A stretch of 64,000 bases of DNA, taken from an uncultured virus (IMG/VR IMGVR_UViG_3300048817_000099) (lineage: Duplodnaviria > Heunggongvirae > Uroviricota > Caudoviricetes). The stretch lies in IMG/VR virus record IMGVR_UViG_3300048817_000099; one strand, 5' to 3'. Below, in pieces: positions 50,801-58,122 of the stretch (position 1 is its first letter; each line of letters starts with the position of its first letter). The position numbers were made by a program, and so were the translations under genes. The notes under the pieces are model-generated. The model was given only the letters and a program-made list of their open reading frames with translations, did no database searches and had not been told where the DNA came from.

Positions 50801-51454
50801 ACGTTCAACGGTCAACTCCTCATCTTGGATATGAACGATAACGGCACGTCCTACCCGATCACTTGGGGATCGTCGTTCGCCGCCGGTACAGGCATCGGGC
50901 AAGCGTTGCCGACCTGCACAGCGGGTGTGGCTGGAGTCAGTTCAGCGTTGTTCATTTGGACCGGGGCCGTGTTCCGTTGCATCTTCTCCTGGGCCACTCC
51001 AAAGGGCACGCTCCTGGCCGAGGCCGACAACACCGGCAGCCACACCTACTCCATCGCTTCTTCCACCATGGCGGCGATCGACACCACGAACATGACCACC
51101 GGCTCGTTCGTGGCCACCAGCACACAGGTCGTCGTCGAGCTCACAGCGTCCAACGTGTTCAACGGCGCTGGTACGGGCAACCAGGTGTGGTGCCTGGTCA
51201 CCCACAGCACGCTCACCCAGGTCGGCTACCACGTCTTCGCCCACAGCGCCACCACGGTGGCGATCAATGACATCGGCGCGCCTGTCACGCAGAAAATCCT
51301 GGTGACTGGCCTGACGCCTGGTACGGCGTACAACTTCGACTGGGCGTGGGGAGCGACAGCCGGGACGGCGAACATCAACACCGGAGGGGCAACGTCGGGT
51401 GTGGCGGCGACTACCGACTACGGCTCGGCCCACATGCGCGTGTATGCGGCGTGA
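47891..51454 (+). CDS. Tail fibre / receptor-binding protein with SGNH-like domain
   Basis: 1187 aa, G/T/S-rich; VILCFGAVD, FVDMW, DNGLHF SGNH-like blocks. Confidence 0.7.
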   Translation: MAVVMPSLPDLPSFEGMCEEDGVDLWALMCAGHGTGIVAGGLVTPGVGMSVNVSAAVVKIQGARYLFAGVSNLAVNAANTGDRRDTVILRLASGVVTAVVVAGTPSTYTGGNWTVGLDPAVWQAPQKAHVNWQSANDSAGFVNVDTDCPLEEVYVASSNGSNTTSISSTTPTGTPAGNLVEKRSVISNFQPILQSLAEGQDATGHSGNLGAASVLNSLPIVGQVGAASIGVAVSGLTTITLAPGPNQFPSTNGPVFGGGVGGITVPTTTGTAIFFTGGNAGNVLTGLTLFGGTGNIVAGNVTTFQSFAMPAIDVVAGDWIAMGVGGKFGSTDWSSVLCQMENLEAGLTAPGQGFIMPYGGTGNPFYGNFGWSGNDYVQSSANTGASSPSGGPYTLTYTTTLPSGVVTGMTCQGPGITGTATVSVSGLVVTLTGTIATGGLIVGGTYTYGYQATTGSPTPSATTSATIPSGISLSDTSQTFRRAIVYWLVQPNGQKIAIATTGTVKTLAAIDTHVQTASVTLGTTNQVTVASGGFPGSAVGDTVTVYSGTGTIPANTTILSISGNTMTLSAVTTAGTATIAYQGYRSWDSGDLGGITGTGVTVTASAHSVGTGAANLTIVGLTYMNGSMTGGGSIMNVLAQSGSSSSQWAPSGSTGLYNWVQMLTNNGSPPRRVILCFGAVDAFTSQGGTPTTLAANLTACVQAIQAISGLIEIVLVAEYAVGGAVIGDTTVAAAVWGGSWVPAIRQVAAANGCTFVDMWARYGNCTSHRQVTDLVTTAGSPTVTSATASFTAEDNGNFISCPGLLPFGTTLTYVNSTTATASTNAAFSATAVQATIGGDPYGMTIDNGLHFGVPSGVATSATSNSASNRNGQRAHAELFWKKLGYSQAQGAGGASSPTFQNLTLAGNETVAGTLGVTGLALFGPFGLPITAISVPGATPTINASISSHIALTGIATAITNMSTNLTTPASTFNGQLLILDMNDNGTSYPITWGSSFAAGTGIGQALPTCTAGVAGVSSALFIWTGAVFRCIFSWATPKGTLLAEADNTGSHTYSIASSTMAAIDTTNMTTGSFVATSTQVVVELTASNVFNGAGTGNQVWCLVTHSTLTQVGYHVFAHSATTVAINDIGAPVTQKILVTGLTPGTAYNFDWAWGATAGTANINTGGATSGVAATTDYGSAHMRVYAA

Positions 51455-52371
51455 CGACCGGGGCGCGGTATTCAGGAGTCCGGGGGGCCAAGGCCCGGGG
51501 GCTGATCGTCCGCGGGTACGGCCTGGGCGAGGCGTTCATCGAGACGAGTGGCGGTCTGGTGGCGTCGTTCGGTGCCGCCGCCCTTCCTGTAACCGTGGTG
51601 GGCGGATCCGGCGGGGCGGCGTTCCAGTTCACGGCGGCGAGCTCACCCCTGGTCGACATACCCGCTTCCGGTGGTCTCACGGCGGACTATGAGGGTGCTG
51701 CGGCTGGCGTGGTCGACGTACCGGCCTCCGGAGGCGTCCAGGCGTCCTTCCTGGCCTCTGGGACCGGTCTGGTGGTCGTACCGGCCACGGGCGGTCTGAC
51801 GGCGGACTACGAGGGCCTTGTGACCGGTGGCGTGGTGGTCGGCACGTCCGGCGGTGTGGTCGCCGACTTCGAGGGTGCCACAGCGCCGACGGTGATCGTG
51901 CCAACGTCCGGCGGGCTGCTGGCCGATTTCGAGGCCTCTGCTGGTGGGACCGTACTTGTCCCGGCCAGTGGCACGGTGTTCGCTGACTTCGAGGCAGCGG
52001 CCTCGCCGGAGGTCAACGGGGTCATTCCGACCGATGGCGGCGTTGTGGCCACCTTCCAGGGAGCAGCGGGTCCGGTGGTCGACGTCCCCTCGTCGGGGGG
52101 TTTCCTGGCCTCGTTCAGCGGGTCCGCCTCGGCCGTGTTGGTGGAACCGTCATCGGCAGCGGGAACGGCCACGTTCCTGGCCCAGGCGGCTGGGGTCACC
52201 ACGCAGGCCGCGTCGGGGGGACTGGTGGCCACGTACCTCGGTGGAGGCACCTTCACCGTGGTCATCCCGCCACCGGCTCAACCCGGCACCGTCACCGCCT
52301 CGGACTCGGCTGCCTATAGCGTGACGGCCATGGACTTCGCCGCCGACAGCGTGACCGCGGAGGACTCGTGA
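51451..52371 (+). CDS. Repetitive virion protein
   Basis: About 22-aa repeats VP.SGG..ADFEG. Confidence 0.65.
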   Translation: MTTGARYSGVRGAKARGLIVRGYGLGEAFIETSGGLVASFGAAALPVTVVGGSGGAAFQFTAASSPLVDIPASGGLTADYEGAAAGVVDVPASGGVQASFLASGTGLVVVPATGGLTADYEGLVTGGVVVGTSGGVVADFEGATAPTVIVPTSGGLLADFEASAGGTVLVPASGTVFADFEAAASPEVNGVIPTDGGVVATFQGAAGPVVDVPSSGGFLASFSGSASAVLVEPSSAAGTATFLAQAAGVTTQAASGGLVATYLGGGTFTVVIPPPAQPGTVTASDSAAYSVTAMDFAADSVTAEDS

Positions 52372-52697
52372 ACACCTACCTCAACGGCACCCTGGTCACC
52401 TTGTCCAACGGGCCGGCCGGGTTCGTGGTCACCGCTACAGGCGACCCCATCAACCCAACGGTGGTCGAGCTGGTCATCTGGGTAAACACCAACGCTGACG
52501 AGGCCTACCCGACCGATACGTTCGTGTTCGGGACCGACCCGGGAATCACCAACCCCGCCGAAGGGTTCTTCCAGCGCAACTTCGACACCACAGGCATGGC
52601 CGGGTCGGTCATCACCTACGAATGGAGCGGTGACCCCGATGGCACGGTGGGCCCGGTGTGCCAGGCCGTGGTCCGGAATCAGTTCCTGGTCACCTGA
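52368..52697 (+). CDS. Virion structural protein (hypothetical)
   Basis: GTGA-coupled, beta-rich composition. Confidence 0.55.
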   Translation: MNTYLNGTLVTLSNGPAGFVVTATGDPINPTVVELVIWVNTNADEAYPTDTFVFGTDPGITNPAEGFFQRNFDTTGMAGSVITYEWSGDPDGTVGPVCQAVVRNQFLVT

Positions 52698-52716
52698 GCC
52701 GGTCTACACTGACGCC

Positions 52717-53037
52717 GTGACCGTCACTACCGATGAGCGACTGCACCGGGATATCTACCCAGCGGAAGTCCTGGCGCCCGGCCAGCTTGAGCACCCTCGG
52801 AAAGCTCGGGTCTTCATCACCGACTCCCGCCTCCTGGTCTGGTCGTCCACGGCCTCGGGGACGCCCGATGTCCTGATAGACGAGGCCATCACCGGCGATG
52901 TGCCTCAGCGGACCCGGGCCACATTGCAGGGCGAGATGCGGGTGGAGACGGCCAAGGGCACGGTGTTCGTGACTCGCGGCGAGGGGTGCGGGTGCAAGGA
53001 CCGATTGCGGAGCGTCGACCCGCCGGTGCCGTGGTGA
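52717..53037 (+). CDS. Hypothetical protein (leaderless)
   Basis: GTG 6 nt after GGTCTACACT; C-terminal GCGC. Confidence 0.55.
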   Translation: MTVTTDERLHRDIYPAEVLAPGQLEHPRKARVFITDSRLLVWSSTASGTPDVLIDEAITGDVPQRTRATLQGEMRVETAKGTVFVTRGEGCGCKDRLRSVDPPVPW

Positions 53038-53125
53038 GCCGGTCCTCCCGGTCGACCCGCTCGAGCGGTGCCAAGGGGTCGAAGCCGGCCAAGGCAGCCA
53101 AACCGGTCAAGGCGAAGAAGACCAG

Positions 53126-53848
53126 ATGACCTTCTGGCAGGAAGCGCTTCCTTACGCCCAGCAGTGCCATGCGGGTACCGGAGTCCTGACCTCGGTCCTG
53201 CTTGCCCAGGCAGCCGTCGAGACCGGCTACGGGGGATACGACTGGTCGGTTGCGCACAATCCCGGGAACGTCGGTTCGTTCGACGGTCAGCCGGTCAACG
53301 AGTTCCCATCTCTCGAAGCGGGGACGCTGGCGTGGATCCAGACCTTCAACAACGGCTACTACCAGGCCGTCAAGTCTGCGGTGGGTTGGCAGTCACAGTG
53401 CTACGCCCTCGGCAATTCTCCGTGGGCTTCAGGGCACTACATCGCCAATGGGGTCAAGGGACAGATCCTCGTCGAGATCATCCAGACCAACAACCTCACC
53501 CAGTACGACGGCCCCCAACCGAGTCCCGCTCCGCCACCTATCCCAGCCGTACCAATCCCGGAGGGAAATATGCAAGTCACCGACCCCGACACCGGGGGGA
53601 TATGGGTCCTCGACCCTACAAACGGCGCCGTGTTCGCCGAAGCCGTCGAAGGCTCGGGGATACCGCCCTATCTCGGTGGGTTCAACATCCACCCAGACTG
53701 GGGAGTGAATCTCACCCAGATCCTCGGCATCAGCGCCTTCGGAGCAGCAACAGATCACGGTTACGTAGTGAGCGTGCGAGGGGCCAACGGAATACCAGCG
53801 CAGTACGCGTTCACCCGGAACGGTCAGTACGCAACCCCCACGTCGTAA
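53126..53848 (+). CDS. Endolysin, GH73/glucosaminidase-like
   Basis: LLAQAAVETGYG, HNPG, NNLTQYD; Pro linker; C-terminal binding-type domain. Confidence 0.8.
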   Translation: MTFWQEALPYAQQCHAGTGVLTSVLLAQAAVETGYGGYDWSVAHNPGNVGSFDGQPVNEFPSLEAGTLAWIQTFNNGYYQAVKSAVGWQSQCYALGNSPWASGHYIANGVKGQILVEIIQTNNLTQYDGPQPSPAPPPIPAVPIPEGNMQVTDPDTGGIWVLDPTNGAVFAEAVEGSGIPPYLGGFNIHPDWGVNLTQILGISAFGAATDHGYVVSVRGANGIPAQYAFTRNGQYATPTS

Positions 53849-53885
53849 GGGACACTCCCCGCCGTAGGCAGGTGCGGTGGGTACC

Positions 53886-54200
53886 ATGAGTGCCACCATG
53901 ACCGCCACTGTCGTCGCGTTCCGGCTGACCCCTGCCCTTTGGCTTGTACTGGACGTTTTCGCCGTCTTCAGGCTGACTCGCTTGGTCACTCGGGACACAA
54001 TCACCGAGAAGCCCCGCCAGTGGGTCAAGCGGAACCTGGGGACAGCGGCGTTTGATTTCTGTGAGTGCCCTTGGTGTACCTCGATTTGGCTGGCCATCGG
54101 CGTCGTCCTGCTGACGGTGTTCGCCCCGCACCAGTGGCAGTACGCGGCCTATGTCCTGGTCTGCTCGGCCGTCGCTGGCGTCCTCGCTGAGCGGTCCTGA
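53886..54200 (+). CDS. DUF1360-like membrane protein (holin-like)
   Basis: FRLTRLVTRDTI...CPWCTSIW; exact start uncertain. Confidence 0.8.
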   Translation: MSATMTATVVAFRLTPALWLVLDVFAVFRLTRLVTRDTITEKPRQWVKRNLGTAAFDFCECPWCTSIWLAIGVVLLTVFAPHQWQYAAYVLVCSAVAGVLAERS

Positions 54201-57200
54201 TGGCGGGCAAAGAGCTCAGTACCCGCAACCGCCGGTTCCTACAGAGACTCCAGAGGCAGGAGAAGCCGGTCGCTCACCGGGCGTTGACGGCGGCGGCCAT
54301 GCCCATCAACCTGGCCAGCAAGACAGAGGCGCGGCGGATGCGGGTGTTGCGTCAGGGCTGGCAGAATGACGCGGCCGCCTACGCGGATTCCATACCTGAG
54401 CTGAGTTTTGCTTATGAGTTCCTTGGTAACGCGTCGAGTCGAATGCGGTACTTCCCCGCCTGTGTCAATCCCGAGGAGCCGGACGGACCGCCCATTCCCA
54501 TCGCCGAGGTCCCCGGTATCCCCCAAGGCGTTGTTGACGTGGCCCACCAGGCCATGAGTGCTCTTGGTATCGGTCGCCAGGCGGTGGCTCCGCTGCAGAA
54601 GTCATTGAGTTGGCAACTGGGCGTTCCCGGAGAAGCGTTCCTAGTGGGGATGAACGACCCGCAGGACGGCGACGAGCAATGGTCCATCCGCTCCATCGAC
54701 GAGTTCATGATCTTCGATGACACTTACAAGTTGCGCGAGGTCCCGCTCGACCCGCAGGGCACGCTTGGGTGGATACCACTTGACCCGGCGACCACCTATG
54801 CGGCGCGGCTTTGGAATCCGTGGCATCGCTTCAACAAACTGGCCACCAGTCCGATGCGCGCTCTGCTCGACGTGAGCGAGGAACTGTTACTCCTGAGCCG
54901 TGATGTCCGTTCGGTAGCTCGTAGCCGTCTGACCGGCGGCGGCATCCTCAAGATTCCCGAGGGCCTGCGCATGGCCCCCATCAACGAGGACGACGATGAC
55001 CCCGAGTCCGAGGCGTGGTTCGGTCGGTTCGCTGAGGCGATGATGACCCCCATCTCCGACGATGGCGTGGCCTCTGCCGTGGTGCCCATCGGCATCAGCG
55101 GCGACCCCGAGTCGCTGGCCCAGCTCGACCACCTCATCATCGACCGGCCCTACTCGCCGTTGGCCATCGAACTGCGAGCCGAAGCTATTGGGAGAATCGC
55201 CACTGGACTCGATTTCCCCCGGGAGATTCTCGAGGGAATTGGTGACGTTAACCACTGGCAACAGGATGAATTGACCGAAGTGTTCATTCAGGGGAAGGGA
55301 TGGTGTCGCCATCAGCAGGTGGAGGTTGGAGATCAGGTTCTAGCGTTCCATGTTGAGGGTGGCACTACTAGTTATGAGACGGTTGCCGAAGTGCTGCGGG
55401 AAGAGGTGGTCGACCGGGACGTGGTTTCGATGGAGGGCCGCTATCATTCATCACTGACCTCGTACGAGCACCGTTGGCCCGTATGGCACGGCGACCGATT
55501 CGTGTTCTGCCAGAGCAAGGATCTGATTAACAACCCACAATCAGGTCCGAACAAGGCATATATGGTGCTTGGCGCTCCATACCAGTCGCCCGTGACGCCA
55601 GAATTCACCGACGCTGAAGTGGCCGTGATGGCGTGGTTGAGCACAGATGCTGATGTGTACCGGCCGTGGGGCGGGCGAGAGCGCCTGCGGATTCGCCAGC
55701 GAAATGCCGAGAACGTCGCAGCTCTCCGAGGCATAGTCGCCGGGTTCGACCATGTCGAGCGCCATGATGAGTCGGCGGAAGTGACCGTTTTCGAGTTGAC
55801 AGCCGATGAGACGGAACGGTGGCTAAGTCTCGGCGAGCGCTTAGCAACTCGGTGGGTACCGACATTGTCCGTCATCCAACGGTTCACCCGGTCGCAACTG
55901 GAGTTGTTCCTGGTGACGTGTGAGCGGGCGAACGGCGGCACAAAAGCGAAGCGAACCGTATTTGCCATTGACCCGGCCCGGCTGGCTCCGGTTGAGCACG
56001 CCGCGGTTCTAGCTGGTTATCGGACGACGATTCGCCAGCGCAACCAGCAACACGGCTTCGGTACCGAGCCGGTGTGGCGGATCACATGGGGTACCCGAAC
56101 CCTGTTCGCACCCAACCGTGAGCATCACATCACGGAGACCACTTACACGGGGACGCTGTGGTGTCTGAGCGTTCCGGTGGGCAAGTCGTTCCTAGCTCGG
56201 CGCAATGGTCATACGTTCTTCACTGGCAACTCTGGGATGCTCGTCAGCGACGAAACGTTCCGCCATCACATCGAACCGCAGGTAATCAAGCAGGTCGACT
56301 GCATGAGCGCGGGCTATCTCCGAGTCTGGTTGACGGCGGCGGGCATCCCGAAGTACTGGGTCGACCGTATCTGCGTTTGGTACGACCCGGTCGACCTCAT
56401 CTCCAAGCCTGACCCGATGGCCAACGCCGTGCTCCTACACGACCGGTTCGCCATCAGCAACGAGGCGCTCCGCGATGCCGGTGGGTTCAAGGAAAGCGAC
56501 CAGCCCGGTGCACTCGAAATCGAGTTCCGGATGCTGCAGAAGACCCGCACGTTCCCCCCCAACATGGTGGAGGCCATCTTCCACAAGGTCGACCCCGAGC
56601 TGGCCTTCCCGCCCATCAATACCAGCGGCACTATCCCCGGCATCGGGCCGCAGGGCGAGATTCCAGCCGAGGCCCCGCAACCGGCTGCGCCAGCCGCCCC
56701 AGCGTTGCCACCCAGCGCCCCTCTACCTGCTTCCCCGGCCCCGGCACTGCCACCCGAGGCCAGCGCCACACCCCCGATGACCGCGCCGACAGAAGCCTTC
56801 GCCACCCCACCGAACCCGACCCACGTCCGCCTGTCCCGCAAACTCACCGAAATCGACAGCCAGCTCCGGGCCCGTATCCAGGTGGCCGCTTGTGCGGCTA
56901 TGACCCGGCTGTTGGACAAGGCCGGCGCCAAGCTCCGGACCCGGGCCGCCGACCGGAAGTTCAAGGACAGCGAAGTCAAGACCTTGGTGGCGGGACAGCC
57001 CGACAACCGCCTGGTGGCCTCCACCATCGGCCCGGCCCTGGTGGCTTCCCTCGGCTTCACAACCGCTCCTGAGCTACTGAGTGCGGACTGGAGCGAACTG
57101 AAGGCCCAGTTCATGGCCTGGACCGAGGCGGCCCAGAAACAGGCGCTCCGGGTGGCCATGCAACTGGCCGGCATCACCACCGAGGACGAGTCGTACCAGG

Positions 57201-57829
57201 CGGCCGATCTTGCCTTGTCCTCCAGCGTGGCCCCGGCCTGGGAGGTCATGGAGGCCGCGCTCAATGCCCTGGCCGAGAAGGTGCTCTACACGCCGGATGG
57301 CGACCTGGACCCAGGGGCGGCGTTCGACCCGAACAGCGTGGTGCCGATGGGGGTCGTGCGGAACGCCCTGACCATTGCCGGGGGGACACCGCCGCCGGAC
57401 AACGTGGTCGACGTGAGCCAGCCAGTCGATGTAGGTACAGACCCGGCGGGAGCCATGGTGTCGGTGAACGTGCCCGGCCAGATTGGGAACGGGGACGCCA
57501 TCTCGACTCTGTTGGATGACTCGGGGATGCAGGTTGTCACCTATGAATGGATTCACGGGTCGGGTGGTCAGCATTCATTTGAACCGCATGAGGACCTGGA
57601 CGGGGTGCCGTTCGCCAACTTCGATGACGATGTATTGTTGAACCCAGGCGACTGGCCCGACGTGTCACATTTCAGTCCTGGCGATCATTTTTCGTGCACG
57701 TGCGATGCGGCCTCCATCTACGGTCCAGGTGACAGCGGCCCCGACATCCGGCCCGACCAAGGTCCGCAACTTTCCGACGACGAGGGCGGCTCCGAACCCG
57801 TCAGCCCCGATGCGGGAGGCGACGAGTGA
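54200..57829 (+). CDS. Portal protein fused to a MuF-like minor capsid domain, with intein
   Basis: Actinophage-type portal motifs (SRLTGGGIL.IP, SAVVP, NHW|S); C-terminal WIHG...PH..LDG...PGDHFSCTC. Confidence 0.85.
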   Translation: MAGKELSTRNRRFLQRLQRQEKPVAHRALTAAAMPINLASKTEARRMRVLRQGWQNDAAAYADSIPELSFAYEFLGNASSRMRYFPACVNPEEPDGPPIPIAEVPGIPQGVVDVAHQAMSALGIGRQAVAPLQKSLSWQLGVPGEAFLVGMNDPQDGDEQWSIRSIDEFMIFDDTYKLREVPLDPQGTLGWIPLDPATTYAARLWNPWHRFNKLATSPMRALLDVSEELLLLSRDVRSVARSRLTGGGILKIPEGLRMAPINEDDDDPESEAWFGRFAEAMMTPISDDGVASAVVPIGISGDPESLAQLDHLIIDRPYSPLAIELRAEAIGRIATGLDFPREILEGIGDVNHWQQDELTEVFIQGKGWCRHQQVEVGDQVLAFHVEGGTTSYETVAEVLREEVVDRDVVSMEGRYHSSLTSYEHRWPVWHGDRFVFCQSKDLINNPQSGPNKAYMVLGAPYQSPVTPEFTDAEVAVMAWLSTDADVYRPWGGRERLRIRQRNAENVAALRGIVAGFDHVERHDESAEVTVFELTADETERWLSLGERLATRWVPTLSVIQRFTRSQLELFLVTCERANGGTKAKRTVFAIDPARLAPVEHAAVLAGYRTTIRQRNQQHGFGTEPVWRITWGTRTLFAPNREHHITETTYTGTLWCLSVPVGKSFLARRNGHTFFTGNSGMLVSDETFRHHIEPQVIKQVDCMSAGYLRVWLTAAGIPKYWVDRICVWYDPVDLISKPDPMANAVLLHDRFAISNEALRDAGGFKESDQPGALEIEFRMLQKTRTFPPNMVEAIFHKVDPELAFPPINTSGTIPGIGPQGEIPAEAPQPAAPAAPALPPSAPLPASPAPALPPEASATPPMTAPTEAFATPPNPTHVRLSRKLTEIDSQLRARIQVAACAAMTRLLDKAGAKLRTRAADRKFKDSEVKTLVAGQPDNRLVASTIGPALVASLGFTTAPELLSADWSELKAQFMAWTEAAQKQALRVAMQLAGITTEDESYQAADLALSSSVAPAWEVMEAALNALAEKVLYTPDGDLDPGAAFDPNSVVPMGVVRNALTIAGGTPPPDNVVDVSQPVDVGTDPAGAMVSVNVPGQIGNGDAISTLLDDSGMQVVTYEWIHGSGGQHSFEPHEDLDGVPFANFDDDVLLNPGDWPDVSHFSPGDHFSCTCDAASIYGPGDSGPDIRPDQGPQLSDDEGGSEPVSPDAGGDE
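55259..56230 (+). mobile_element. Class 3 intein (324 aa, Gln1) with degenerate LAGLIDADG domain
   Basis: QQDELTEV start; HRW, LWCL and FTGN|S give the W-C-T triad; MAWLSTDAD. Confidence 0.85.
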
Positions 57830-58122
57830 CCAAAGACGACGACGTGGCAAACGACGACGGTCGGGACTGGCGAACAATCGATATCGTCAACGACGGCGTG
57901 CTGTGGCTGGTGAACCGCACGGTGTTCCACCCACGGGGATATGCCCTCGCATTCGACCCCGAGTCCGGCGAGTTCGGCATATACGGCGACGGGTCGGAGC
58001 CATGGCGATTTGAGATTGACGACGATGTAGAGCAGACACGGTTCGATGCCGTGCGTCGACTGATGGGTGGTCCGGTCCATGACACCGGACCCGAACTAAG
58101 GGAGAATGCACCCGATGACTGA
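57826..58122 (+). CDS. Hypothetical phage protein
   Basis: GVLWLVNRTVFHPRGYALA. Confidence 0.65.
   Translation: MTKDDDVANDDGRDWRTIDIVNDGVLWLVNRTVFHPRGYALAFDPESGEFGIYGDGSEPWRFEIDDDVEQTRFDAVRRLMGGPVHDTGPELRENAPDD

Noticed and set aside
44714..52371. Diversity-generating retroelement or invertible tail-fibre cassette
   Set aside because: No reverse transcriptase, invertase or near-identical template/variable repeat pair seen.
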